64,000 nucleotides of DNA from positions 768,001 to 832,000 of the forward strand of contig CAVSTP010000003.1 in the NCBI GenBank assembly GCA_963730935.1, read 5' to 3'. Within the stretch, counting starts at the first letter, position 1. The number at the start of each line of letters is the position of its first letter. The position numbers were made by a program, and so were the translations under genes. This DNA comes from an uncultured Nitrospiraceae bacterium. GTDB lineage: Bacteria; Nitrospirota; Nitrospiria; Nitrospirales; Nitrospiraceae. The notes below the pieces were generated by a model, which worked only from the letters and a program-made list of their open reading frames with translations, did not search any database and was not told the DNA's origin. Below are positions 35,189 to 45,116 of this stretch, one piece after another.

Positions 35189-36559
35189 CTACCGTATGGT
35201 GGGATCCACCGCGAGTTGTGTGCCGCCTGCCGAGGCATAGGCAAGGGTCACTTCGGCAATCTTGTAATCATATTGGGCTTCCGCCAGCTTCGTCTGCGCA
35301 CCCGTCAGCGCCACTTCCGCCTGGGTCACCTCCACGATCGAGCCCAACCCCAATTTATATCGTTGCTTGGCAAGGCTTAGTGCCTCCTGAGCGGTTTTCA
35401 CCTGTTCCTCGCCGAGTTTGATCTGCTGGGCGAAGGAGATCGTGTCGAGATACGAATTCGTCACCTGCTGCGTCAGGGCCTGCTCGATGTTCAGGCTGGC
35501 GGCCTCGGCGGCTGCCTTCTGGGCTTTGGCCTCACGGACTTGGTTCTCGATCATGAAGCCCGTAAACAACGGCATTGACACGAATCCCCCAGCTGCCCAC
35601 CAGCCGCCAGTCTGGTTGGCCTGGGCCCGCGTGTTGTCATATACCTGGAAGTCGCCGCCGCTCGCATAAGCGGACACGGTCGGCAAGTATTGGCGTTTGG
35701 TGGCGGTGATTTTGGCGTCCGCCGACGCGGTCAGTTCCTTGGCTTTGCGGAATTCCGGATGGGAGAGGCTGTCGCTGACGAGCGAGTCGAGCGGACGCTG
35801 GGGACGCACTTCGATCGGGAGATCCTCCAGGACGTAATCCTCCGCTCCCATGATGCCCATCGCCCGGTTCAAATTGGCGAATCCGGATTTCAGTCCGTTC
35901 CGCGCCCTCACGAGCAGGGACTCGGCGTTGGTCAACTCCACCTGCACGAGATCCACGTCCAATTTCGATTTGAGCTGTTGTCGATAGAGGGCCTCGATTT
36001 GGCCCTTGATGATGCCGCGTTCACGGACGGTTTCCTCTGCAATCTGCACCAATCGCTGGTGTTTCAGACTGATGAGATAGGCCGTCCGCACGTTGAGTAC
36101 CACGAGCGCCTGCCGCGCGCTGATGTCCTGCTCCTGTGCCCGTTCGACCAAGTGGGCGGAGTCCACGGTGTGTTGCGAGAATCCGAAGTCAAAAATCCGC
36201 TGGCTCACCGACACGCCCCCGACGTATTGACTCAGATTTTGTTGGACCAGGAATCCGCCGACCAAAAAGCGGGGATTGAGCCGACCTGCTCCTGCCGCCG
36301 TATCGAAGTTTGCTTCGATGCGTGGATAGTAAATGGCCCGCGCCTGGTCCGTTCGCGCGCTGGCTGCCTTTAAGCTGGCGCCGGCCTCCTGCACGAGGGG
36401 GTGATTGTCCAGCCCCAATTCAATCGCCTGTTGCAGACCCAAAAAACTTCCGCGCGGCGGCGGTTCCGAGGCGCGCGTCGCCGGTTGCGACCGTGTGAAA
36501 GCGGGGGTGAACAGCGCGATCAGGACTACGAGGAGCGACACTCGCATGATGGCAGACAT
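35189..36559 (-). CDS. TolC-family outer-membrane efflux protein
   Basis: Signal peptide; YYPRI, YLPTV, RYKLGLGSIVEV; third gene of the RND operon. Confidence 0.92.
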   Translation of the reverse strand: MSAIMRVSLLVVLIALFTPAFTRSQPATRASEPPPRGSFLGLQQAIELGLDNHPLVQEAGASLKAASARTDQARAIYYPRIEANFDTAAGAGRLNPRFLVGGFLVQQNLSQYVGGVSVSQRIFDFGFSQHTVDSAHLVERAQEQDISARQALVVLNVRTAYLISLKHQRLVQIAEETVRERGIIKGQIEALYRQQLKSKLDVDLVQVELTNAESLLVRARNGLKSGFANLNRAMGIMGAEDYVLEDLPIEVRPQRPLDSLVSDSLSHPEFRKAKELTASADAKITATKRQYLPTVSAYASGGDFQVYDNTRAQANQTGGWWAAGGFVSMPLFTGFMIENQVREAKAQKAAAEAASLNIEQALTQQVTNSYLDTISFAQQIKLGEEQVKTAQEALSLAKQRYKLGLGSIVEVTQAEVALTGAQTKLAEAQYDYKIAEVTLAYASAGGTQLAVDPTIR

Positions 36560-36592
36560 GATGAATCCTCCTGGGTCTAGTAGATGCTGACT

Positions 36593-37810
36593 CTACGGTT
36601 TTAGGGTCGGGTCAGCCTTGGGCGGTACGGGAGGCTGCTCTCCCGCGGCACGCCGCTCGAATTTCTGTTGAGCCGGTTTGGCTTCAGGCAACCGGAAGGG
36701 AGACGCCCGCACCGGACTTTCATCCAGGAGTTGCCGTTTCCCAACGACCACCACATCTTCGTCTCCCCGGAGACCGTCGGTGATTTCGATCCACTGTCCG
36801 TCCGTGATGCCCGTGTGGACCGGCACGGCTTTGGCTTTGCCTTGTTCGACGATGAAGACGGATTTGCCCTTGGCGCCGGTAGTGATCGTTTGGGGAGGCA
36901 GCGCCAGGGCCTGAGGGATCTCCCGCAGAGCAATGGCCAGTTCGGCGAAGGTACCGGGCCGCAAGTCGTGGTCGGGGTTCGGGAGGTCGACTTCGACCAA
37001 CAAACTGCGCGTCGAGGGATCGAGCGCCAGCGTCGACCTGGTGATGGTGCCGCTGAAGGAGCGCTCCGTCATTTCCTGCACTCGTACGGTGGCCTTCGTC
37101 TGTCCCGGGCGCACCCATGGCGAGTCGTCCTGGGGCACATTGGCATAGATGCGGACCGTGTTGAGATCCATGATGGTGAACAGCGGGATCGCCGTCGTGG
37201 CCGACGAGGTGGCGATTTGAATCAAGGCGCCGGGATCAGCGAACCGCGCGGTAATGGTGCCGTCGTACGGCGCGCGTACCTTGGTGTAATCACGCAACAC
37301 GGCGCGTTGCTGCATGAGCGTCCTCGCGCCTTCATAGGCGGCTTCGGCCACATCGACATCCTGTTTGGCGATGACATCCGGCGACTCTTTCCAGACACTC
37401 CTCAGCCGGTCAAAGGTGATTTTTTTGATTTTGTAATCGGCCGCCGACTGCAGATATTGCTCTTCGACTTCAGGGGCGTCGATGATGGCCACGATCTGCC
37501 CCTTCTTGACCTGATCTCCTTTGTCCGGACCGATCCATTTGAGGTACCCCGACACTTTCGCATACAGGGTTGTCTGGTAGAGCGGCGCAATATTCGCCGG
37601 CAGCGTAATCGTGTAGGCGAGATCCTTTTTCAGGGGCTTCGTGACCTGCACGTCAACCGGCTGATTCTCAGAGGGAAGCACGTTGTTGTCGTCGTAGGTG
37701 CCGTTCACCGGCGGCTCCGCCTTCTTGGCTGCCCGTTGTGGCTCTTCGGGCTGGCAGGCCGCCAGCATCACCGCCAGTGCCAGAGCGATCGTGACGAACG
37801 GGTGGCCCAT
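36593..37810 (-). CDS. RND efflux periplasmic adaptor (MFP)
   Basis: Lipobox LAAC; AKVSGY, GDQVKKGQ, RAPYDG, DPSTRSL, LRPG. Confidence 0.93.
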   Translation of the reverse strand: MGHPFVTIALALAVMLAACQPEEPQRAAKKAEPPVNGTYDDNNVLPSENQPVDVQVTKPLKKDLAYTITLPANIAPLYQTTLYAKVSGYLKWIGPDKGDQVKKGQIVAIIDAPEVEEQYLQSAADYKIKKITFDRLRSVWKESPDVIAKQDVDVAEAAYEGARTLMQQRAVLRDYTKVRAPYDGTITARFADPGALIQIATSSATTAIPLFTIMDLNTVRIYANVPQDDSPWVRPGQTKATVRVQEMTERSFSGTITRSTLALDPSTRSLLVEVDLPNPDHDLRPGTFAELAIALREIPQALALPPQTITTGAKGKSVFIVEQGKAKAVPVHTGITDGQWIEITDGLRGDEDVVVVGKRQLLDESPVRASPFRLPEAKPAQQKFERRAAGEQPPVPPKADPTLKP

Positions 37811-37813
37811 GGC

Positions 37814-40800
37814 CTAGATTTCCTTCGCAGAGGCGGCAGGCGTCGCCGAAGTCTCTTTGTGAGTCCGAGCCGACAGCACCAGCGCATGCATGACCGGTAC
37901 GACGAGCAGCGTCATCATGGTGGAGACGGCGAGGCCGCCGACCACCGCACGGGCCAGCGGCACCATCGTTTCATTGCCTTCGCCGAATCCCAGCGCTAGC
38001 GGGAGCAGGCCCAGGATGGTGGCGAGCGCCGTCATGACGATCGGACGGATCCGCCGTCGTCCAGCTTCCAAGACCGCCTTCTCCGCTGTGGCTCCGGCCC
38101 GCACCATTCTGTTGGAGAAATCCACGAGCAGGATGCTGTTCGAGACCACGATGCCCATCATCATGAGCGTTCCGATCATCGACTCGACGTTCACCGAGGT
38201 CTCGGTCAAATGCAGCAACAGTACTGTGCCGATCCATCCCAACGGGACCGCCACAAGAATGATGAGGGGATCGACCATCGAGCGAAACAAGCCGACCATC
38301 ACGAGATAGATCAGGAGCACGGCCAGCGGGAGGGCGAGGGAAAAGTTGTTGAACGCCGCACGCATGTTCGCCACTTCCCCTTTGACGTCGATGGTCACGT
38401 CTTTGGGCAGCGGAACGGTTGCCAGCGCCTGTTCAATGTCCCTGGCGACCTGCCCAAGGTCATTGCCGAGGGGCGTCACCAGCACATCGATCAGCCGAGA
38501 CAAGTCGTAGTGATCCACGCTGTCCGGGCCTGTCTTGATCTCGAGTGAGGCGACGTCTCGAAGAAGCACGGGCGGCCCACGCCGGTCATCGGCGGCGAAA
38601 AATCCAGCGGACAGATCGAGATTGCGGCCGGCGAAGGGGGTGTTTTGGAGGGCGATTGTCGAGCCGGTGGATCCGGCCGTCGTAAGCGCCGAAGTGGGAT
38701 TCAACGCCGTGCGCGCGCCGATGATCGGGATGTTCAGCAGATCCTCGGTCTTCGTGAGCGATTGTTCCGGATATTGCGCCAGCAGGAAATAGCCGTTCGC
38801 CGTCTTGGGATCGAGCCAGTAATTAGGCGACAGGGCCAGATTCGAGCTGATGCCGGTAATCACGTCCACGATGACACGGTCCTGTGTCAGGCCGTAGTAG
38901 GCGGCCTTGGTCCGGTCGACGTTCACATGGAGTTCTGGATAACTCTTGCCTTGTTTGATGCGAACGTCGGTTGTATTGGCCACTTGCGCCACTTGCTGCC
39001 GGATGCGCTCGGCCACCGGGCGAATGAGATCGAGGCTCGGCCCTTTGACCTGGATGTCGATCGGAGCCCGCAAGCCGAAATTCAGGACGTCGCTGATGAT
39101 GCCTCCGGTTTGAAAACTGATCTCCACGCCGGGAAGGGCCTTCCGGGTCTTTTGGCGCAAGGTCTCGATGTAATCGTTCGTACGGCCCTCGTGACCGGTG
39201 ACCAGGTTGACCAGCACGAATGCCGTATGATTCCCGGTGTTGGGAGCAAAGCGGGCCGCATCGCCGAAATAGAGTCCGGTATTGGACACAACCTCTTCGA
39301 GTTCCTGCTTCGGGATCGTGTCCTGGATCAGCCGTTCGATTTCCGCGACGATGGCGGTTGTTTTCTCGATTCGGGATCCTTCGGGTGCGATGATCAGCAT
39401 TGTAAAATTTCCCGCGTCCACTTTCGGAAAAAATTCGGTGTGCAGTCGGGGCAGTAGCAGCGCCCCGACGATGAGCAGGGCGAGCAGCGCTGCGACGAGC
39501 ACCAGGAATTTGAAGCGGAGGCCGATGCGAAGCACTTTGTCATATCCCGCCAACACGAAGCGGAACCAGCCCTCGGCAGCCGAGCTTTCCTCCTGAGACC
39601 CGTCGCCGTGGCCACGGGTATAGAGGCGGGCCAGCACGACCGGTGTCACCGTCATGGAGACGGCATAGTCCGCCAGCATCGCGAAGGCGACCGTCAGCGC
39701 CAGAGGCACGAACAGGTACTTGACGATCCCGGCGAAAAAAATGATCGGCAGATAGACGATCAGGATGCAAATCGTCGCGACGAAAATCGGAAGGGTCAGT
39801 TCGGTTGCGCTGTCTTCCGCAGCTGATCGACCGTCTTTGCCCATCTCAAGGTGACGATGCAAATTTTCCTGGACGACGATGTTGTTGTCGAGGAGCGTGC
39901 CGATCACCAGGGCCAACCCTCCAAGGGTCATGATATTGACGGATTGGCCGCTGAGAAAGAGCGCAACAAGCGCCGCTGTCAATGAGAGGGGAATGGCGAG
40001 GCCCACGACCAAGGCTGCCTTGAGGCTCCGCAGAAAGATGAAAATCATCAGGCCGGCAAGACCGGCCCCCAGTAACCCTTCCTTCTGGAGATTGGCGATC
40101 GCCTGCCGAATGTAGAGCGATTGGTCGTAAATGAATTTCACGGAGGTGCCGGCCGGGATTTCCGTCAGTTTGTGCAACTTCGCGCGGACGCCGTCCGTCA
40201 CTTCCAGAGTATTGGCGCCTTCCTGTCTCGTGATCGGCAGGTAGGTCGCTTCACGACCGTTGACCCGCACGATGGACGTTTGGATGGCGGCGCTGTCGGC
40301 TGCGGTCCCGATGTCGCGGACGAGGATGGGCGTTCCGTTGACGACTTTGATGGGAATATCGTTGATCTTCTCCACCGGCCCGACGAGGCTGTTGGAGTAC
40401 ACATAGTAGTCCAGGTCGCCGATTTTGATGTCGCCGGCAGGGATGATCGCGCTTTGCGCATTGATCGCTTTGACGACGTCGGACGGTGAAATGCCGCGGG
40501 CCAGCATCCGCTGCTGATCCATGAAGACGGTGATCTGACGGACCTTGCCTCCCAGCGGCGGGCCGAACGAGATGCCCGGGATGCTGGCGATCTGGTTCCG
40601 CACCGTAAAATAGGCCAGGTCACGAATCTCTTTGGGGCCCAGGCTCTCGCTGTTAATGGACAGGAAGCCGATCGGCAGGCTGGCGACGCCGAACTTGTAG
40701 ACGGAGGGCGGATAGACGCCCGGTGGCAACAGCCGGATGATGCTGTAGGCGAGACTGGTCAACTCCGATTGCGCTGCGTCGATGCCGTATTCGGGCTGAA

Positions 40801-41080
40801 AGAAGACCTTGATATAGCTCATCCCGGCGAGCGACTGCGATTCGATGTGTTCGACGTAACTCGCTTCCACAAACCGCTGCTCCATGCGGAGCGTGATCGC
40901 GCCTTCCATTTCGCTCGGGCTCATGCCGCGGTAGAACGTGGTGACGAGAATGGTTGGAATCTTGATCTCAGGAAAAATATCGACGCGCATCTTCTGGTAC
41001 GAGACCCCACCGAGCACAAGCGCGATCATGCACAGGGCAAACACGGCGTAGGGATTCTTCAGGGCGGCTCGCGTCAGCAT
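37814..41080 (-). CDS. RND efflux permease (AcrB/AcrD/AcrF family)
   Basis: VNIMTLGGLAL, FFPKVD, RIRPIVMTALA, PLARAVVGGL; about 12 TM. Confidence 0.95.
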   Translation of the reverse strand: MLTRAALKNPYAVFALCMIALVLGGVSYQKMRVDIFPEIKIPTILVTTFYRGMSPSEMEGAITLRMEQRFVEASYVEHIESQSLAGMSYIKVFFQPEYGIDAAQSELTSLAYSIIRLLPPGVYPPSVYKFGVASLPIGFLSINSESLGPKEIRDLAYFTVRNQIASIPGISFGPPLGGKVRQITVFMDQQRMLARGISPSDVVKAINAQSAIIPAGDIKIGDLDYYVYSNSLVGPVEKINDIPIKVVNGTPILVRDIGTAADSAAIQTSIVRVNGREATYLPITRQEGANTLEVTDGVRAKLHKLTEIPAGTSVKFIYDQSLYIRQAIANLQKEGLLGAGLAGLMIFIFLRSLKAALVVGLAIPLSLTAALVALFLSGQSVNIMTLGGLALVIGTLLDNNIVVQENLHRHLEMGKDGRSAAEDSATELTLPIFVATICILIVYLPIIFFAGIVKYLFVPLALTVAFAMLADYAVSMTVTPVVLARLYTRGHGDGSQEESSAAEGWFRFVLAGYDKVLRIGLRFKFLVLVAALLALLIVGALLLPRLHTEFFPKVDAGNFTMLIIAPEGSRIEKTTAIVAEIERLIQDTIPKQELEEVVSNTGLYFGDAARFAPNTGNHTAFVLVNLVTGHEGRTNDYIETLRQKTRKALPGVEISFQTGGIISDVLNFGLRAPIDIQVKGPSLDLIRPVAERIRQQVAQVANTTDVRIKQGKSYPELHVNVDRTKAAYYGLTQDRVIVDVITGISSNLALSPNYWLDPKTANGYFLLAQYPEQSLTKTEDLLNIPIIGARTALNPTSALTTAGSTGSTIALQNTPFAGRNLDLSAGFFAADDRRGPPVLLRDVASLEIKTGPDSVDHYDLSRLIDVLVTPLGNDLGQVARDIEQALATVPLPKDVTIDVKGEVANMRAAFNNFSLALPLAVLLIYLVMVGLFRSMVDPLIILVAVPLGWIGTVLLLHLTETSVNVESMIGTLMMMGIVVSNSILLVDFSNRMVRAGATAEKAVLEAGRRRIRPIVMTALATILGLLPLALGFGEGNETMVPLARAVVGGLAVSTMMTLLVVPVMHALVLSARTHKETSATPAASAKEI

Positions 41081-41505
41081 GTGGTTTCCACCCAATACGG
41101 CGTTCGATTCCTCGTCAGCCAATACCGGCAGATATCTCCGACGCAGAGCACAAGATCCTCGAAGGTCTCCGGTTTGACGACGTAGCCGTTCACGGCGTTC
41201 GCATAGGCGGCTGAGAGATCGGTTCCGTCATCCGAGGTGGTAAACGCGACGACCGGAATCGCCGCGCACCGTGGTTCTGAGCGGATACGCTTGAGGAAGA
41301 CATCGCCGCGTTCATGGGAGAGATGCCAATCGAGCAGGATCAATGCAGGGAGTTCACCCCTGTGTCTCAAGAAATGCAGGGCCGCCTCGGCATCCTGCTC
41401 CGAGTAGAGGACAATATCGAGACCGGTGCGTAGCAGCGCCTGGCGGAAGAGTTCCCGCTCGCCCGGACTATCGTCGATCAAGAGGACAGAGGCATGACGG
41501 TGCAT
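41074..41505 (-). CDS. Single-domain response regulator (Rcp1-like)
   Basis: LIDD, ILLD, IPVVAFTTS, NGYVVKP; overlaps the RND start. Confidence 0.88.
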   Translation of the reverse strand: MHRHASVLLIDDSPGERELFRQALLRTGLDIVLYSEQDAEAALHFLRHRGELPALILLDWHLSHERGDVFLKRIRSEPRCAAIPVVAFTTSDDGTDLSAAYANAVNGYVVKPETFEDLVLCVGDICRYWLTRNRTPYWVETTC

Positions 41506-41518
41506 GGAGAAGCACTTC

Positions 41519-41534
41519 AGCAGAGACCATGCCG
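41519..41534 (-). promoter_or_regulatory. Sigma-54 promoter of the RR-RND-MFP-TolC operon
   Basis: CGGCATGGTCTCTGCT fits GGCA-N8-GC; paired palindromes TGGAAAACCTCCA and TGGAAGTTTTCCA lie about 100-130 nt upstream. Confidence 0.55.
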
Positions 41535-41692
41535 GGATAGACTAAAAGAAGGAAGGGGTTGACTTGTTTCGAGAGATCAATTGCTTAGCGACCAGACCCC
41601 GCTACAATCATGGTGGTGGGAAGAGGGGAGCCCTGGAAAACCTCCATAGGACCATGGAAGTTTTCCATAGCTGCGGCTCATGGAGAACACCC

Positions 41693-41962
41693 ATGCTGCT
41701 CCTGACATTATCCGTTCTGGTGATGCTTGTGATGGTCGGTTCCATCGCCTGTTTCCGATTATCGCGGAATGCGGCGCTATGGGTGGCCGCGAGTTTGTGG
41801 CTGCTCTACATTCCCTACGAGTACCTGATGTATCGCCGTGTGCTGTGCTCCGGCGAGTGCAATATCCGCGTCGATCTCCTGGTCATTTATCCAACGCTGT
41901 TGTCCGTCACGCTCGCGGCCTTGGGGCGGGCGTTCTGGACACGGTGGCAACGTCAGCAATAA
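41693..41962 (+). CDS. Small membrane protein
   Basis: Three hydrophobic segments, CSGECNIRVDL loop, RBS GGAG. Confidence 0.6.
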   Translation: MLLLTLSVLVMLVMVGSIACFRLSRNAALWVAASLWLLYIPYEYLMYRRVLCSGECNIRVDLLVIYPTLLSVTLAALGRAFWTRWQRQQ

Positions 41963-41987
41963 TTCGCAGTCCCGTGAACGACATCGC

Positions 41988-42884
41988 TCACTGCTGTTGA
42001 GCGAACGGCATTTCCTTAGCCGCACCGACCGGCGGAAGATGCGCGACGGGTGCCTTATCCGCTTTATTGTACAGTGCGAGGGCTTCGGGCATCTCTTCGG
42101 TGAGTCGTTTAATTCTTGTCTCGTGCCCCGGGTGGGTCGACAAAAACTCCTGCGGCTGTTTGCCGTCGGATGACTGCTGCATCCGTTGCCAGACGCGAAC
42201 GGCTTCCTGGGGATCATAGCCGGCGTCCGCCGCCAGCAGCAGGCCGATGTAGTCCGCCTCCGATTCGTGGGCCCGGCTGAATGGCAACAGCACGCCGACC
42301 TGCGTGCCCACTCCCAGCGCGGACATCGCCGCCTGGCTGGTCACCGGACTGAAACCTTGGGTTTGCATGGCGATTGAGGCCCCAACTAGACCGATCTGTG
42401 CCAGGATCCCCTGACTCATCCGTTCAGATCCATGTCGGGCGAGCGCATGGACGACTTCATGCCCAACGATGGCGGCCAGTCCGGACTCATTGTCAGCTAC
42501 CGGAAAGATTCCGGTGTAGACGGCGATCTTCCCTCCCGGCAAGGCAAAGGCATTCTTCGTACCGTCGTCTTTTATCACTGTGACTTCCCACTTGAATTCG
42601 TTTGCCGCCTCGGCGTACTTCGACCGCTTGGCCGCCTCGATGATGCGGGCGGCGATCCTCTGAACCGGCGCGACCTCGGAGGGATTCTGGGACATCTTGA
42701 CCTTCGGATCACTGAGGACGTCCTGATAGGCTTGAGCGCCTAGATTTGCCTCGTACGATCGGGGGACCATGAGCAATTGCCAGCGCTTGGTATAAGGATT
42801 CGTCGCGCAGCCAGTTGCCTCCAAGAGGATGAACGGAAGAAGAAGTAACCAAGGTGATAGCCGAAACGTCATTTCAGCCTCCAT
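41988..42884 (-). CDS. M48-family metallopeptidase (lipoprotein)
   Basis: NAFALPGGK, GHEVVHALARH, ESEAD, LSTHP. Confidence 0.95.
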   Translation of the reverse strand: MEAEMTFRLSPWLLLLPFILLEATGCATNPYTKRWQLLMVPRSYEANLGAQAYQDVLSDPKVKMSQNPSEVAPVQRIAARIIEAAKRSKYAEAANEFKWEVTVIKDDGTKNAFALPGGKIAVYTGIFPVADNESGLAAIVGHEVVHALARHGSERMSQGILAQIGLVGASIAMQTQGFSPVTSQAAMSALGVGTQVGVLLPFSRAHESEADYIGLLLAADAGYDPQEAVRVWQRMQQSSDGKQPQEFLSTHPGHETRIKRLTEEMPEALALYNKADKAPVAHLPPVGAAKEMPFAQQQ

Positions 42885-43051
42885 GATTCACAAGACTACC
42901 CACTACAGAACATTGTATGTGGCTCTGAGCGGCCATCGTGATTAGGACATTCCCTAGAAGACTCTCGAGAAGGCAAGGGAGCGCCTTGACACGTTCACTC
43001 GGGGGCACTACCGTGTCAGGACGTACGAACCCATTGCGAGGGAGGCTCAAG

Positions 43052-43276
43052 ATGAATCAGAAAAGACGCTTGCATGATGCCATTGTCGGCCTGCTGGTCA
43101 CGATTGGCGTCGCATTGGGACATTACGTCAGCGCCCACTGGCTGCTGTTGCCAGCCGCCATCGGCCTCACGCTGCTCCAAAGCGGAGTGACCGGCTTTTG
43201 CCCGGTGTACTTCGGGTTGGATCGTCTCCTGCCTGCTGAAGGCGGGACCGACTCCGCCAGTTGTTGCGCGAAGTAA
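43052..43276 (+). CDS. DUF2892/YgaP-like membrane protein
   Basis: RBS GGAGG; LLQSGVTGFCP. Confidence 0.8.
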   Translation: MNQKRRLHDAIVGLLVTIGVALGHYVSAHWLLLPAAIGLTLLQSGVTGFCPVYFGLDRLLPAEGGTDSASCCAK

Positions 43277-43283
43277 CCGGCCG

Positions 43284-45107
43284 CTACGAGGTCTGGTTGG
43301 CCTGGATGATGCGGAAGCGTACTTCGTCCGCTTGCGTGTAGGCGGAGGTCCGTTCGCCGGCGAACAGGCCGCAGCGGTAGAGACCAGGCGTCCAACCCCG
43401 TTCAGGAGCCGCCAATCGGAAATAGCCTGATTGATCGCTCATGGCCATCAGCACCTGGTCCTGCGCGATCATCCGCGGATGTCCCATCGCTTCAGCAGTT
43501 TCCAGGAAACACTGGGTGGCGAGAGGCACGGCGTCATAGGAGTCGGACACGAGCCGGAAGACCAGATAGATTTCTGCCTGTGTGGTGGGAAAACTGTCGC
43601 TAGGATTGAGGGGAATAAAGTCATGCTGGCCGGTGGGCAGATCATCGCGCATCACCTTGGCTGCCGGAATGACGAAGCGAAACCAGCTGAAATCAGCATC
43701 CCGTCCCACCAATGTCCCTCCCGTATCCAACGCCCGCTCGGGTTTGAGCCGGTTCAGCACTTCCTCCACTTCCTGCTTGGTTGCGCCTGCGTCAGGATTC
43801 GTGCGGTTCTGAGGTGAACTCGATTGCAGTTCCACTCCGGTCTCCAGAGCGGCCATTTCGGCCGGTACGTGCGGGCGGACCTTTTCCAACCAACGTGAGA
43901 TTTTGTTCTTGTCTAACACGCGGGTGCCCGGGGGAAGCGCGTTGTCTTTGTTCTGAAGCTCGAACAGCACGGCCTTCTCATAGAGGGTGTGAAAGTGCAA
44001 GTAGGCCTCGTCCCACCTTCCCAATTCCACGAGACACTGTCCCATCCGGAAGACGATATCCGAGTACTGGTCTTCCGTCGGATCGAGATCGGAGACCTTG
44101 CCGAAGACGGGGAGGGCCTCTTCGCATTTGCTCAGCTGCATCAGGGTCAGGCCGAATTGATGGGTGGCTGATGGATCGCGAGGATTCAATTCCAGCAGCT
44201 TACGATACATCGGCTCGGCTTCTCTGTAGCGGCCGGCGACAAACAATCGCCATGCGTCCGCGCGCATGAGCGCCCACTGTTTCAGTTGATCCGGAGTGAT
44301 GTCCTTCGGTGTAAATACGGGATCGAAGCGCCGCCCGCGGTCCTGCGAATGTCCATGGAAAACCGTCACGAGCGTATGAGCCGGTAGTTCCAGCGGTGAG
44401 CCCGGCGGGATGCGATCGAGGACGTATTGCACATCGCTCGCAGCGCCTTCGTAATCCAGGACGTCAAAGCGGGCACGCGCCAAGGCCAATCGCCACGCAT
44501 GCATCTCCGGCGCGAGGGCGACCGCCTGTTTGTATGATTCAAGAGAGGCCTCGAGGCGGTCGAGCTTGCGGAGTTCGCGTGCAAGGCGAAAATGAATCAG
44601 AGGATTCTGGGCGTCGATCGACGCAATGCGTCGAAGCTCCTCAATCGACTCGTCCCCGTATCCGGACCGGACCAACAGGCTCCACTTGGCCCATCGCACA
44701 TCCAGGGCTGTGGGCTGTCGGCCAAGCACGGTGTCATAGGCTTGAAGGGCTTGCTGGGAAGCGCGAGAGGTCGTCAGGATGTCGCCGCGGAGCTTGTGAA
44801 GCGTCACCGCATCGGGATTCGCCTCGATGCCTTGATCGAGCGCTTCAAGTGCAGGCGTGATCGCCCCGCTCTCCCAATCCGTCTTTGCACGATCGACAAT
44901 CTGCCGGTCTGAGAGCTCCTGCGAGTCGCCCGAGATTACAGGCGGTGCGGGCAGAAATGACCACAGGCAATAGAGTGGCAGCCACAGCAGTCGGCTTCGG
45001 AAGAACGCTTGATGCGTCCGCGTGTATGGCATGTCCATTCCAGCGTGGTGAAGGGTTAGAAACGTTACAGTATCATTATATCGTAGGCATCGCCTGTCGC
45101 CTACCAC
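43284..45107 (-). CDS. Exported TPR protein with a C-terminal beta-sandwich domain
   Basis: Multiple TPRs; C-terminal EIYLVF...GWTPGLYRC...EVRF. True start probably near 45030. Confidence 0.8.
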   Translation of the reverse strand: MVGDRRCLRYNDTVTFLTLHHAGMDMPYTRTHQAFFRSRLLWLPLYCLWSFLPAPPVISGDSQELSDRQIVDRAKTDWESGAITPALEALDQGIEANPDAVTLHKLRGDILTTSRASQQALQAYDTVLGRQPTALDVRWAKWSLLVRSGYGDESIEELRRIASIDAQNPLIHFRLARELRKLDRLEASLESYKQAVALAPEMHAWRLALARARFDVLDYEGAASDVQYVLDRIPPGSPLELPAHTLVTVFHGHSQDRGRRFDPVFTPKDITPDQLKQWALMRADAWRLFVAGRYREAEPMYRKLLELNPRDPSATHQFGLTLMQLSKCEEALPVFGKVSDLDPTEDQYSDIVFRMGQCLVELGRWDEAYLHFHTLYEKAVLFELQNKDNALPPGTRVLDKNKISRWLEKVRPHVPAEMAALETGVELQSSSPQNRTNPDAGATKQEVEEVLNRLKPERALDTGGTLVGRDADFSWFRFVIPAAKVMRDDLPTGQHDFIPLNPSDSFPTTQAEIYLVFRLVSDSYDAVPLATQCFLETAEAMGHPRMIAQDQVLMAMSDQSGYFRLAAPERGWTPGLYRCGLFAGERTSAYTQADEVRFRIIQANQTS

Positions 45108-45116
45108 GTCTCGCGC

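Noticed and set aside
37814..41080. RND permease as inactive because the TM4 DD reads DN and the TM10 Lys reads Ser
   Set aside because: Such variants occur in intact RND subfamilies, the ORF and operon are complete, and I cannot support loss of function from sequence alone.
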